Origin: a virus
Virus record (IMG/VR): IMGVR_UViG_3300010970_000108
Location: 1-32,824 of that record
DNA length: 32,824 nt
Direction: 5' to 3' (one strand)
Below are positions 1 to 9,818 of this stretch, piece by piece. The stretch's first letter is position 1. The number at the start of each line of letters is the position of its first letter. Made by a program: the position numbers and the translations under genes. The notes under the pieces were generated by a model that made no database searches, was not told where the DNA came from, and saw only the letters and a list, made by a program, of their open reading frames with translations.

Positions 1-55
1 ACTTCTCAAGTGCAGTCATTTCTTCAAAAGATTTTACCTTCTCTTTAGGTTGCTC
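1..55. repeat. 55-bp direct terminal repeat, left copy (identical to 32770..32824); marks circular closure of the contig
   Basis: Bases 1-55 are letter-for-letter identical to the last 55 bases. A minus-strand ORF stays open and in frame across the junction. Confidence 0.97.
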
Positions 56-511
56 AATGCTATTATTGGCAATAGTTTCAACTAATGAAAACATTTGCTT
101 CAATGATTCAGATTGAGTTGCGATTAACTTCGCTTGTGCATCGATTGTTTTCTTTAAATCAACAATGTCTTTGTTAACCTCGGACATCTGCAATGGAAGT
201 TTCTTCATTTCTTCAGGAACTTCTGCAACAACTGCTTCTTTCTCAACACCAACGATTAAGCCTTTAGAAACTTCAATCTTTGTTCCATCTTCAAGCAAAT
301 GATACCCATCGGGTGCAGGCTCTCCATTTAGTTGAACCTGTCCACCGATTTCGACCTTATCGATACTTACGATAGTGCCATCTTTCAACTTGTAGTCTGC
401 GAATACTTGACCTGCTCCAACTGGTGTTGGTACTGGTACTGGTAATGGTTGCTCAGGCATATCTCCGAACAACATGTGTTTTATCTTTTCTACCGCTTCT
501 TTAGGTGACAT
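1..511 (-). CDS. Putative scaffolding protein, N-terminal ~170 codons; the gene wraps the contig junction and ends at 32747
   Basis: ATG at 511. I checked the frame codon by codon and found no stop down to base 2. It continues through 32769 to a TAA at 32749..32747. The N-terminus is Pro-rich and the C-terminal half is coiled-coil-like (KDIVDLKKTIDAQAKLIATQSESLKQM). It lies between the protease-like and capsid genes. It is missing from the ORF track because it runs off the edge. Confidence 0.5.
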   Translation of the reverse strand, partial: MSPKEAVEKIKHMLFGDMPEQPLPVPVPTPVGAGQVFADYKLKDGTIVSIDKVEIGGQVQLNGEPAPDGYHLLEDGTKIEVSKGLIVGVEKEAVVAEVPEEMKKLPLQMSEVNKDIVDLKKTIDAQAKLIATQSESLKQMFSLVETIANNSIEQPKEKVKSFEEMTALEK

Positions 512-533
512 AATAGTTCTTTATTTATTATAG

Positions 534-1268
534 TTAATTATCGAAATTTGTTTCACTTAGAATCGAAATAATTTGTTCCATTTGTTCTTCGTACTTGTCC
601 TTACTTCTCATCCCGAAGTTGCCTTCAACCGAAAAACCCTTTACCGTACCATCTTTAATCAAGTCCCATGCTTTGTCATTGTCGACATACATTGAACCAA
701 ACAAGCTACCATCTGCAAGGTCTTCAAAGCCTTTCATTGGCATTATACCACGTTCCTTATCAGATTGGAATATCTCAAACAAAGTAACTCCTGATAATTG
801 CATATCTGAATCGTGCATTAAGTTTACATTGTTTTGGAATCCTTTCTTAGCCATCTTAATAGCTATTTTCTTAATGGTTGCAGGACTGAAAAATACTTCG
901 TACTCAAACCCATCGGCATCAACTCGGTAAATACGTTGATTAGCCACCATTAGAGGACCGCTTATAATACGTTGTTCTTCATCTTGGATGGCGAAAGTTA
1001 CTGGCTTTACTGCGAAGTGTTCATTCCAAAGTGAATTGCAAATGGCAACTGCTTGCTCAGATTCCTTGCCTTCATTAATCACATAACTTATACACCTTGG
1101 CAAGAACTCCGTTTTGTGTTCGCCTTTGGATGGATTGATGAACTCTTCCCCAAACTTCATAAAGTCTTTCTTGATAGCTGGCTTGTCAACCAACGCAATA
1201 AAATCAACCATCAAATCTGAATCATCCGATTCATCGATAAGCATTTCGTAAACTGGTAATTTCTTCAT
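534..1268 (-). CDS. XkdF-like putative prohead serine protease (Peptidase_S78_2-like)
   Basis: 244-aa ORF. Motifs ALVDKPAI, NLMHD and KGFSVEGNF resemble PBSX XkdF-type proteins as I recall them. It sits directly upstream of the scaffold-like and capsid genes. Confidence 0.6.
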   Translation of the reverse strand: MKKLPVYEMLIDESDDSDLMVDFIALVDKPAIKKDFMKFGEEFINPSKGEHKTEFLPRCISYVINEGKESEQAVAICNSLWNEHFAVKPVTFAIQDEEQRIISGPLMVANQRIYRVDADGFEYEVFFSPATIKKIAIKMAKKGFQNNVNLMHDSDMQLSGVTLFEIFQSDKERGIMPMKGFEDLADGSLFGSMYVDNDKAWDLIKDGTVKGFSVEGNFGMRSKDKYEEQMEQIISILSETNFDN

Positions 1269-1278
1269 ATTATTTGTT

Positions 1279-3003
1279 TTATCCGAGCCTTGCTGCTCTT
1301 TGCAACCTGACTTGTCTTTCGTTAGAATTATTTATGTCTGCCTCTAAAATAAATGCTCTATTAACTCCGCCTGCTGCTGCGTTGCCGATGTTTTGAATTG
1401 ACCTTGCATTAAGTTCAGTACCCATTTGTACTGGAAGAACTGGTGCGCTTGCAGTCATTGAAGGCGTAGAACCATCCGCAACACTACCGCCACCCTTAGC
1501 AGATGGAATCTTTGTGCTAACAATCTTCTTAACATTCAACATACCTGCTGCAATGGTTGCTGCTGCCGCAATCGGTCCGAAAACACCACCCTGGGCAATT
1601 GCTTTACTCGCACCCTCATAGGTATTCATTACCGCAGTAGCAACTGCAATCGATTTGCCAGCAACGGAGTTCTTATCAACCAATCCGCTAAGGGTATCAA
1701 GTGTACCCATTGCAAGGTCTTTCTGGGCTTCTTGTTGCGCTTCCTTTGCTTTGCTAACTGCATAATCAGATTGAGCAATAGCATTGTTAGCTTGAAGGGT
1801 TTGTTCTGCTACTGCTATGGTAGTTTGACCACGTGCAACAAGTCTATTTTGAAAATCCTCGTCATCTTGTTTCTTTGTGGCTGCCTTCTCTTTATCAATG
1901 TCCTCTTGTGATTTTGATAAATCATCTTTGCGCTTTTTTGCTGCTGCGGCTTCATCTTCTATCTTTTGTGCCTCTGCTTTCCTTGCTTCTTCGGCTTCCT
2001 TCGATGCCTTCTCCCTTTGTTCTTTCCTTATCCTTGCAAGTTCCTTCTGCTTGTCTTCTTCACGTTTCTTTTCTGCTAAATCAAAGTTGATTCTTTCTAC
2101 TTGCCCCTCAACATTGATTTTGTTAATCTCATTCTTTGCTTCAGTTGCGCCTTTGGAATCAGTATCTTTAATCTCTTTCCAATACCTGATATTTGCATTT
2201 GCTTTTAAAGCCCTATACCTTTGCTCAATCTCAAAGATTTCTTTCTCGGTTGCTCCCTTTTGCCTTGCCCTTGCTAAGTCTAATTGCTCAGATGTTTTAA
2301 GAAATTCAAGTTCTGCATTTAAAGCCACCTTTGCACCTTCAAGTATTGTTTTATTCAACGCATCTTGCGCCTCTTTAGCTTTCTCTGCTGCTGATTGATA
2401 CGATTGAAATGCTGAATACAATTCACCCAATGCTACAATTAACAACCCGATTCCCGTTGCTGCAATGGCAGTTTTCAGAACCTTAAATGATACCGATGTA
2501 GTTTCAACCGCAAAACCAAACAACTTCATGGCTCCTGCTGCTGCCTTGTTTGCTAAATCATTCAACTTGATAAATACCGTGCTTTGCTGGATAACTGCGC
2601 CTAATTGCTTGAATGAATCTACGCTTTCACCTACATTCTGCAAGCCTTCACTTAATGCCATTGCAGAATTGACCTTCAATAAAGTTGCTTCAACCTCTTT
2701 TGATTCAACCCCTACCAATCCGATAGCACCCTGAACCGCAGCGAATCCACCTGCCGCACCGCTTAAGGCAGCCGTTAAAGACTTGAATTTAGCATCAGGA
2801 TTAAACGCATCAACCAACGCTTTCGCATCTCCGATTCTATCCTTTAAATCCGCTGCCCTCTTTGCTGCTTCAATGGCTTGCACCGATGTTGCTCCGAACT
2901 TATCCGCTAAGGCTTGAACATCATTTTGTGCTTCCTTAAGTTGTTGTTTCAGCGTGCCGATATTCTCGACTTCAATCTTCGCTTTTATATTTATGTCTGC
3001 CAT
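1279..3003 (-). CDS. Tape-measure-like or internal virion (ejection) protein
   Basis: 574 aa. Ala/Gly-rich hydrophobic stretches (LSGAAGGFAAVQGAIGLVG, GVFGPIAAAATIAAGML) flank a long K/E-rich coiled coil. This composition is typical of tape-measure or ejection proteins. Confidence 0.45.
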   Translation of the reverse strand: MADINIKAKIEVENIGTLKQQLKEAQNDVQALADKFGATSVQAIEAAKRAADLKDRIGDAKALVDAFNPDAKFKSLTAALSGAAGGFAAVQGAIGLVGVESKEVEATLLKVNSAMALSEGLQNVGESVDSFKQLGAVIQQSTVFIKLNDLANKAAAGAMKLFGFAVETTSVSFKVLKTAIAATGIGLLIVALGELYSAFQSYQSAAEKAKEAQDALNKTILEGAKVALNAELEFLKTSEQLDLARARQKGATEKEIFEIEQRYRALKANANIRYWKEIKDTDSKGATEAKNEINKINVEGQVERINFDLAEKKREEDKQKELARIRKEQREKASKEAEEARKAEAQKIEDEAAAAKKRKDDLSKSQEDIDKEKAATKKQDDEDFQNRLVARGQTTIAVAEQTLQANNAIAQSDYAVSKAKEAQQEAQKDLAMGTLDTLSGLVDKNSVAGKSIAVATAVMNTYEGASKAIAQGGVFGPIAAAATIAAGMLNVKKIVSTKIPSAKGGGSVADGSTPSMTASAPVLPVQMGTELNARSIQNIGNAAAGGVNRAFILEADINNSNERQVRLQRAARLG

Positions 3004-3004
3004 A

Positions 3005-5023
3005 TTAGTAGATTCGATTAATTATTTTGAGTAAAGAAACCTTACAAGTATCTTCATTACTTGCGTTGAAATCTTCTATCTTGTTTATCCGATATAAAAC
3101 GCCGTCAATCCATATCAACTTGCTAAAATCCAACTGATACACATCTTTGAAGTTCAGTTTCATGGTACAAGTCAGGAGCCTTGAATCCTTATCGGTTATC
3201 TCGGCTAAGTAACTGCTCCAATAAGTATTAAATAAGTTCTGACCAGTATACAAGGTTGGTTCGTAGTATAGTTCAAACGGCACGCCAAAGTTTATATCAA
3301 AGGTTGGATTGGTAGGGTCGTTTAAATGCCCAGCATAACCGTATGCAGTATAACTTGCTAAGGTTGTGCCTTCGTTCTTCAATGCCCATGACCCCACAGT
3401 TAACTTCTTCGCCTGCATTATCCTAATAACCGAGTCCATCTTATCTTCTTTGGTATTCTCGTTACTCAGTTTGTAGATGGCAGTATAAATTTTATCCGTA
3501 CCAGTTAGTTTAACTAATGGCGAAGATGCAAAGATGATGTCCACCGCAGTAGTATCTTTGGCGAATTCGTATTCACTATCATAGATATAATTCCCATAGT
3601 CATCATTGAATTTCTTGCGATAGTTATCGTTATAATAGTCATTATCAGAACGATATTTATACTGATAGTACCTTGAATTTAATTCACTCATAGGCTTAAC
3701 TCGCATAGGTGATGCTCGATCAACCTTCAAGGACCAATCAACCGCAGTCGCATCATTGTAGAAATCAACGAATGGCTGAACTTTTAATTTTTTGTTCTCC
3801 TCATAATCTTCGAATACGTACAAGTTGAACATCTTACAAATAGAACTGAAGAAGTCCTTTTGAAGTATACCCTTTGGAATGGTATCATTTAGTACAATCG
3901 TATCACCATAACCTACTTCAACTTGCCCAGGAGTCTGCAACATGATTTCAAACAATCCGCCAGTTACATCATAATCTCCAACGTTTGCAACTGCATCAAC
4001 ATAAAGCACATCACTTGTGTTAAGTGTAATATTTGATACATCTAAAGTCAAACTAAACGCTTCAGGTGTTGAAGTAATTGCAACCGATGCCGAACTAATG
4101 ATGGTTGAATTCTTGATAAGGTTTAAAGTGAACGTGTTTAATACGGGGTCGATTGTGTTTATTTGACCTGATACATACAAAACAATATTAACCACTACCG
4201 ATGCGCCACCATAGGTAAACTGGTCATTAGTTCCGTTAGGTGTGAAACTACCAGTTTGTGAAATTGTCATTTTCACATTATCGGCTGAAGTATAATTGTA
4301 AGCCGTTGGAGCAGCTACAAATGCCGTAGTGTTGTTAGTGTAAAGTTTCTGCGCATTGTTTGGAATGATAAGCCTATCGAATAGCGATGTAGCCAACAAA
4401 GGAAAATCCCATGTATACCCTGATGCCTCAACCATCTTTGTAAGATATTCCTTAACATACAATGCAGGGCGGAATGTCTTGAAATCGAAGTCTACTTTAG
4501 CCGTTGAACTTTGTCCGTAGTCAATCAATGGATAGTAAACCCCTGAGCCTGCAATTGTATTCCAACTTCCTGAAATGGTAGTTTCATTATAGGTTTGATT
4601 TGCTATCCCCATGTCTAAGGCTTCCAACTTGTTATTACCCAATGCAGAAACAAAGCCTCCCAGCTCTCCAAATACTGCGCATTCGAATTCTATGAACCCA
4701 TCAATGACAACTATCTCAAGGATTCTGAAGATACCTTTAAAGACTTGCAAGTTATCAGCAAATATTATCGCCTGAGCCGAGATGGCAGCATTGAAATTAA
4801 TCCCACTATTACTTACGGCAGGATTGTAGTCATTGGCAGAATTGATGTTAAATATATTCCCAAAGATAACATTATTGTTCTTGGTACCTGGAATGATTAT
4901 CGTTTTGCTGAACATTGTATTCTTTGCCCCGAAGTCCTTAATATCATCAATCGACATCGTAAGCAATGTACTAAATGACTGGTCCACATCAACCTTCTGA
5001 TTCTCAACGTAAAGTTCTATCAT
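3005..5023 (-). CDS. Virion structural protein, probable tail/baseplate component
   Basis: 672-aa ORF rich in N/T/S/Y, in the structural operon. ATGA-type overlap with the upstream gene. No catalytic motifs recognised. Confidence 0.35.
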   Translation of the reverse strand: MIELYVENQKVDVDQSFSTLLTMSIDDIKDFGAKNTMFSKTIIIPGTKNNNVIFGNIFNINSANDYNPAVSNSGINFNAAISAQAIIFADNLQVFKGIFRILEIVVIDGFIEFECAVFGELGGFVSALGNNKLEALDMGIANQTYNETTISGSWNTIAGSGVYYPLIDYGQSSTAKVDFDFKTFRPALYVKEYLTKMVEASGYTWDFPLLATSLFDRLIIPNNAQKLYTNNTTAFVAAPTAYNYTSADNVKMTISQTGSFTPNGTNDQFTYGGASVVVNIVLYVSGQINTIDPVLNTFTLNLIKNSTIISSASVAITSTPEAFSLTLDVSNITLNTSDVLYVDAVANVGDYDVTGGLFEIMLQTPGQVEVGYGDTIVLNDTIPKGILQKDFFSSICKMFNLYVFEDYEENKKLKVQPFVDFYNDATAVDWSLKVDRASPMRVKPMSELNSRYYQYKYRSDNDYYNDNYRKKFNDDYGNYIYDSEYEFAKDTTAVDIIFASSPLVKLTGTDKIYTAIYKLSNENTKEDKMDSVIRIMQAKKLTVGSWALKNEGTTLASYTAYGYAGHLNDPTNPTFDINFGVPFELYYEPTLYTGQNLFNTYWSSYLAEITDKDSRLLTCTMKLNFKDVYQLDFSKLIWIDGVLYRINKIEDFNASNEDTCKVSLLKIINRIY

Positions 5024-6162
5024 TGAAATTGTGTTTTAGTGGTGTTACCGAATTCAACATCAAGAGTTAAGTTAATCAACCCATCGACAATGTGTTCTTT
5101 AAATTCGTAGTTTGTCGCTGATACTACCACTGGGTACAATGTGCCTGCATCCTCAATGAAAACTTGAGGTGATGTTACCAACTGCGCAAGCCATTGATAC
5201 TCGGCATCAGATAGCCAATCCGTATTAATACGTAGTCTTTCTTTAATTCTTCCTGCAAACTCAGTCTTTTGTTGGTACATGGTACTTCCTGATTTCACAC
5301 TAACAACCCCAGCACCACTAACACGATATCCTAATTGATTGTATGCTTTGCGTTCAACATCAAAAAAACGCTTTGATACCTTGTTAAATACCATTGACTC
5401 GTAACCGCCTAACTTGTTCAGGAAGTGTGCAGTGTAATTGCGATACATCCCAGTACAAAGAATATTGACATTATAAGTAACCCCACCGAATGCCACAGTG
5501 TAAGATGTTGATGATGAAGTAAAGTTTCCAGCGTAATCTACATTTATCGCACCTGGTGAGATATTAAGAATCTGCAAAGTATTGGCTGCGGTTGGTGTGA
5601 TTGTCTTAGTCCTTGTGGAAGTACCACCAGTAATGACCACATTAAATGATGCGGTTGTTTCGCTAAAGTATGGGATGAAGTAGTTAGCATTAGCGAAAGT
5701 TAAGTTTATCGTTGTCGGTCTATCCGTTGCAGGTACATCATCATAATTTCCCAAAATCGTAAAGTCATTGATTCTGCCGTTGTAGTGGTTGAAGTAAGTC
5801 CTTGTGGAATCAGTTAATACAACTGCGCCAACCGTACCTGAATATTCTTCCCTGATCTTGATGACTACCGATAAAGACCATGATCCTTCACCAAGTTCTT
5901 GAGCCAAAATGCCAGTTCCCGTTGGTGCTAACTGAACCGCCACGTATTCACGCACTACGTTAGAGAAGTCCATAATCCCACGATTAGTTGTAGGATTCGG
6001 AAAGTATTTACCAGTGAATTTCAATGCGCCATTAATCCAAACTTCACCAACATATTTATAATTTGGATATGTTGTAGGATTAGCAGCATGTGCATCGTAA
6101 GCCACGTAAACTAACGAGTCATTTACTGATGAATATACTGGAGGAGTTGATTCAAATGTCAT
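5020..6162 (-). CDS. Virion structural protein, role unknown
   Basis: 380-aa ORF coupled by 4-nt overlaps to both neighbours. T/N/G/Y-rich beta-type composition. Confidence 0.3.
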   Translation of the reverse strand: MTFESTPPVYSSVNDSLVYVAYDAHAANPTTYPNYKYVGEVWINGALKFTGKYFPNPTTNRGIMDFSNVVREYVAVQLAPTGTGILAQELGEGSWSLSVVIKIREEYSGTVGAVVLTDSTRTYFNHYNGRINDFTILGNYDDVPATDRPTTINLTFANANYFIPYFSETTASFNVVITGGTSTRTKTITPTAANTLQILNISPGAINVDYAGNFTSSSTSYTVAFGGVTYNVNILCTGMYRNYTAHFLNKLGGYESMVFNKVSKRFFDVERKAYNQLGYRVSGAGVVSVKSGSTMYQQKTEFAGRIKERLRINTDWLSDAEYQWLAQLVTSPQVFIEDAGTLYPVVVSATNYEFKEHIVDGLINLTLDVEFGNTTKTQFQ

Positions 6163-6779
6163 GGATATAAATTATTTATAATGTCAATTTTAGTTGCTAT
6201 TGCTAACTCACTTTCAATGTATGAGTTAATTTCATCGGTTGCATCACGCCAAAAGTGTGTGGGCTTGATACCACTACGTTTAATCCCAGCAGCAACCGAA
6301 AGGATGGTTTTTGTTTCAAGTGATTTCATCTTCATACCTCTGCGTTCTCTTGGTGTAACTCCAACCTTCACATTTCTTGCCGATTGTCCTTCACGATTAA
6401 TCCACTCCTTAAGTGAATTGTACATCTTAGTTCCTTCCTTGGTTCCCTTTGTCTTGAACTTAAACCTACTACCTCTATCAATTTTCCAACCGTTTACACC
6501 TTCGTCTTGATATGTCGCGTAGTCAGGTGCAGTGATACCGATAGAATAACCAGTATCGGTCTTTGTTATCTGCGTAGCTTGAATGTCATCAATCATGCTA
6601 CCACTTGAAACAACATCTTTATTTGTTGCGCTTTCATGTAGTAGTCCAACATAGGCAGCAGCAATGTTGACTAACGTATTTTCAATGTCTGATAAATTAA
6701 CCGCCTGATAATCATCACCATCCAAAGTATTCAAGTCAATGAACCCACTATCAACCGCTTCGTGTTGTGCTTGTGTCAT
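6159..6779 (-). CDS. Structural protein with weak HK97 gp10-like (head-tail joining) resemblance
   Basis: 206 aa. Segments APDYATYQDEG and KPTHFWRDA recall the HK97 gp10 family pattern. The call is weak. Confidence 0.3.
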   Translation of the reverse strand: MTQAQHEAVDSGFIDLNTLDGDDYQAVNLSDIENTLVNIAAAYVGLLHESATNKDVVSSGSMIDDIQATQITKTDTGYSIGITAPDYATYQDEGVNGWKIDRGSRFKFKTKGTKEGTKMYNSLKEWINREGQSARNVKVGVTPRERRGMKMKSLETKTILSVAAGIKRSGIKPTHFWRDATDEINSYIESELAIATKIDIINNLYP

Positions 6780-7432
6780 TTGTTCAAGTATTTTTGATAG
6801 GATTGCTCACTTTTTAGATATGCCAACGCATTAAATGCCTGAATTATCGGAAGGTCATAGGCTTCATCTAACTTGATGCCTTCATATTGCGCAACTTCTC
6901 TTGCTGAATAAATCCATCCGTATTGTTCAATAAATGGATGAGGTTTTTCCATCTTGCCATCATCCTCAACAACTTCATCCGATTCGAATAAACCTTTGTA
7001 AGATGCCAACAACTCAGCAAATGATTGTAGGAAGGTCGTATAGTCGCTTAGCAAGTGCCTAACGTTCTTTTTGAGTAGTAAGTCTGCTTTAACCTTATGC
7101 GGTCTTGAATCGTTCCATATTGACGCACAAACAAGGTGCATTGAATCAATCTCGCCCTGCTTTAAAAAGTGCTGAACCTCGATGAATTGCCCAAATGAGA
7201 TAGCGTAAGCATCCGTTTGTAGTTTAATGCGACCTAATAATGGTTTGCTATTTAGTTTCTTGAATTCCTTGGTAACCTTATTCGAATACTTGATGAACTT
7301 TTTTGGTTGCATATTATCAACTTCATCATAAGATAGCCCCCACATATCGCAAACGATTAGCGCAATTTGCACAACCTCGTCAGTTTCTTGATGGTAAAAT
7401 GATGCTATCCTTTGGTATTGCGCAAGGTTCAT
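6776..7432 (-). CDS. Hypothetical protein, first gene of the structural operon
   Basis: The ORF track starts it at 7507. That extension runs through the terminator hairpin, its U-tract and the promoter-like motif. The ATG at 7432 (MNLAQYQ...) lies just downstream of them, so I prefer it. Confidence 0.45.
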   Translation of the reverse strand: MNLAQYQRIASFYHQETDEVVQIALIVCDMWGLSYDEVDNMQPKKFIKYSNKVTKEFKKLNSKPLLGRIKLQTDAYAISFGQFIEVQHFLKQGEIDSMHLVCASIWNDSRPHKVKADLLLKKNVRHLLSDYTTFLQSFAELLASYKGLFESDEVVEDDGKMEKPHPFIEQYGWIYSAREVAQYEGIKLDEAYDLPIIQAFNALAYLKSEQSYQKYLNK

Positions 7433-7435
7433 ACT

Positions 7436-7465
7436 TATATATAGTTGATTTTGAAGTTTTGTTTC
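7436..7465 (-). promoter_or_regulatory. Candidate phage late promoter, copy A: GAAACAAAA-N11-ACTATATATA
   Basis: On the minus strand, GAAACAAAA (7465..7457), an 11-nt spacer, then ACTATATATA (7445..7436), ending 3 nt before the ATG at 7432. The same two blocks with the same spacing occur at 30921..30950. Confidence 0.5.
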
Positions 7466-7466
7466 T

Positions 7467-7498
7467 AAAAAAAAATCCCCGATGTAGAAACAACGGGG
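7467..7498 (-). terminator. Intrinsic terminator after terL
   Basis: Minus strand reads CCCCGTTGT-ttct-ACATCGGGG (9-bp stem, one mismatch), then A plus nine T. It lies 30 nt downstream of the terL stop. Confidence 0.75.
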
Positions 7499-7527
7499 TA
7501 GTACCATATAACCAACACTAATAACAA

Positions 7528-8721
7528 CTAATAATCTTCATCTGCAAAACTATACTCGCCTGAGTTCTCATACTGGCTCAACTTATTCAATCCCACATAT
7601 CTAAGGCAATCAATCGCATGATTCATCACATCTTCAGGTGCATTTAACGCTTTGCCTTCCCTATCCTTTGCCCACTTATACTGCCTTAGTTCCTTTATCA
7701 AATTTAGTGAATTTTTCGTTACCACTATGTCATATTGTTGCAATCGGTCTATTGAAGCCTTAACTGAATCACCTCCCTTTCTTGCCGCTTCAACATAAAA
7801 GCCAGCATTCGTAACATCTTGAATTGATTTAGGTTCAGAAGAATCAGCCACAATACATTGTGAAGTGCTAACGCCTAACTGTTTCAACATTGCCACTATG
7901 TCGGAATTTAACATTCCAGTTTTATAAAATAGTTCATTCACATAAATTTTGCCATTATACCTATATGTTTCAATAAATGCACTCGGATCATTAGTGAAAC
8001 CCCAATCCAACCCGTATGAAATAAACTCCGCTTCCTTCGGGATGGCATCACATTGAACCCAGTTGTTGAATACTACACCTTCCAAAGAACCTATCTCACC
8101 CAATCCATAAACACGATACCAATTAGTCCAGAATCCACTGCCTTGGTCTGCTTTCTGCTTTGCCTTATTAATAAAGTTCAAAGCCGATTCAGGGCAAGCC
8201 TCATTATCAAGGTAGTTGATTATCAGGAAGTCAACATCAGAATCATTTATGAGTTCATCATGAAACCAAAACGGATTTGTAGGATTCCAATCTAAGTAAA
8301 CACCTTTCTTTGTCCTTGATGCTAACTCCGTATAACTATGGAAGTTCATGTTATTAGCTTCATTCATATAAAGCCAATCACGTCTTGCACCACGTAGTTT
8401 TGCATCGTTATCAGCACTAAAGAACTCTATTTGAGAACCATTTGCAAAAGTATATTTGAAATCCGTAGCGTTCCACCTATCATCGAAGAATCTCCCAGTT
8501 TCAACCATGATTTTCTTAAAGTCCTTCATTGCACCACGTTTAAGATGTGGGATTGATTCAGCGACAACACTAATTTCAGATAATGGTATTTCAGATGCAA
8601 TATCTATTAATATGGGAATTATCGCAAATGTCTTTCCGGCACTGCTTCCGCCCTGTACCCCACGGCAAAACTTTTTAAGTTTGAGTATCTTGTTTATTGC
8701 GGTTGTACGGATAAACATCAA
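7528..8721 (-). CDS. terL: Terminase large subunit (PBSX/XtmB-like family)
   Basis: 397 aa. N-terminal Walker A GGSSAGKT. Size and layout fit PBSX-type large terminases. It overlaps a small-terminase-like gene upstream by 4 nt. Confidence 0.85.
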   Translation of the reverse strand: MMFIRTTAINKILKLKKFCRGVQGGSSAGKTFAIIPILIDIASEIPLSEISVVAESIPHLKRGAMKDFKKIMVETGRFFDDRWNATDFKYTFANGSQIEFFSADNDAKLRGARRDWLYMNEANNMNFHSYTELASRTKKGVYLDWNPTNPFWFHDELINDSDVDFLIINYLDNEACPESALNFINKAKQKADQGSGFWTNWYRVYGLGEIGSLEGVVFNNWVQCDAIPKEAEFISYGLDWGFTNDPSAFIETYRYNGKIYVNELFYKTGMLNSDIVAMLKQLGVSTSQCIVADSSEPKSIQDVTNAGFYVEAARKGGDSVKASIDRLQQYDIVVTKNSLNLIKELRQYKWAKDREGKALNAPEDVMNHAIDCLRYVGLNKLSQYENSGEYSFADEDY

Positions 8722-9161
8722 TCGTGTTTCACATCAGGGAATAACTTCTGCTCTACCTTAACATCATTCTGTACTTTCTCAACAAGTCCATTTAAACGCT
8801 GAGTAATCGAAGGATTGTAGATGCCTGCCATACCACCAGCTATTTGATCCTCACGTATAATTCGCTTAATGCGTGAACAGATATTCGAATATTCCTCATA
8901 ATTACCCTTTGTATTGCAGAAATAATCATCAGTATCTTTTACAATTCCCTTATGAAAACAATAGTTTGAGAATCCTTCTAAGGTTAAAGGTTTTTCTTTA
9001 GGTCTTTCCACTTGTGTTGCCATTGCTCCAACCCAATCACGCACATGAAAAGGTTTAGCCTTAACCGTTTCAACATACTCTTGAAATAACTCGTACATTT
9101 TCTCAGGTGATTCAATGTATTTATTGCTTTTTGTTAGAGGTGTTTTCTTTTTTTGTGGCAT
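8718..9161 (-). CDS. terS: Terminase small subunit (putative)
   Basis: 147 aa, immediately upstream of and overlapping terL. Basic N-terminus, then YIESPEKMYELFQEYVE...KPLTLEGFSNYC, which is typical of small-terminase DNA-binding domains. Confidence 0.55.
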   Translation of the reverse strand: MPQKKKTPLTKSNKYIESPEKMYELFQEYVETVKAKPFHVRDWVGAMATQVERPKEKPLTLEGFSNYCFHKGIVKDTDDYFCNTKGNYEEYSNICSRIKRIIREDQIAGGMAGIYNPSITQRLNGLVEKVQNDVKVEQKLFPDVKHD

Positions 9162-9354
9162 TGTCTAAACGGTTTTTATTTGTATCTACAAACTTTACAA
9201 TATAGTTCACACAAGACTGGCATCCTTTCCAGGCGAAATCTCCATTCGGTGAAATCTTCTGCGCCAATGCTACTAACTCATTCATCTCGTTTTCACTTGG
9301 ATGAACATCGATTCCGAGCCTGACTCGTTCAAATAAATAATCAAAGTGTTTCAT
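9121..9354 (-). CDS. Hypothetical protein
   Basis: 77-aa ORF between the sigma-like gene and terS. It overlaps both (14 nt and 41 nt). Contains a CQSC pair. Confidence 0.4.
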   Translation of the reverse strand: MKHFDYLFERVRLGIDVHPSENEMNELVALAQKISPNGDFAWKGCQSCVNYIVKFVDTNKNRLDNATKKENTSNKKQ

Positions 9355-9814
9355 TTATGTAAATTTTAATTTTCTTCTTAGCTTTTTTAACCATCTGAAA
9401 TATTGTTGAATAAGGAATCCCAGTAATCTCACCGACCTTTCGATATGTTTTATGCTCTGCATATAGTACAAGAACCTTCTCGCTAACCCAATTCAATTTA
9501 TTCAAAGGTACGATTATTTGTTCTTCTTGTTCTTCTGATGGATGTACAAAGTCATTAGTCAACACCTCACGCATTTTAATGCGGTTAAATTCGGAGTTCT
9601 GCCAAGTTACCATGTTGTACATCATCTTAACCACGTAACCGATAAAACGACCTTCAGAATGCAATTTAATAATAACCGATTCATCCTTGTTAAGTAATTC
9701 TAAAAAACAATGTTGAAGTAAATCATCCTGCAACTCAGTTGGCTTTATTCTCGACAAGCATTCCCTAAGTTCATCACTTCGGTAAAGGTCCTCGATAATT
9801 TGCCTTGCAGTCAT
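9341..9814 (-). CDS. Phage-encoded sigma-70 family (ECF-like) sigma factor
   Basis: 157 aa with a two-domain layout. Region-2-like: DDLLQHCFLELL...FIGYVVKMMYNMV. Region-4 HTH-like: KVLVLYAEHKTYRKVGEITGIPYSTIFQMVKKAKKKI. It aligns by eye with RpoE architecture. Confidence 0.65.
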   Translation of the reverse strand: MTARQIIEDLYRSDELRECLSRIKPTELQDDLLQHCFLELLNKDESVIIKLHSEGRFIGYVVKMMYNMVTWQNSEFNRIKMREVLTNDFVHPSEEQEEQIIVPLNKLNWVSEKVLVLYAEHKTYRKVGEITGIPYSTIFQMVKKAKKKIKIYINETL

Positions 9815-9818
9815 TGAA

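Noticed and set aside
595-930. Plus-strand ORFs antisense to long minus-strand genes (for example 595..930, 1833..2090, 1877..2398, 2465..2734, 4745..4978, 6181..6510, 8053..8295, 8456..8761, 12131..12484, 17595..17963, 25389..25649, 26053..26313, 29280..29564)
   Set aside because: All lie wholly inside longer, motif-bearing ORFs on the other strand. They translate to L/S/F/C-rich, low-complexity sequence typical of shadow ORFs.
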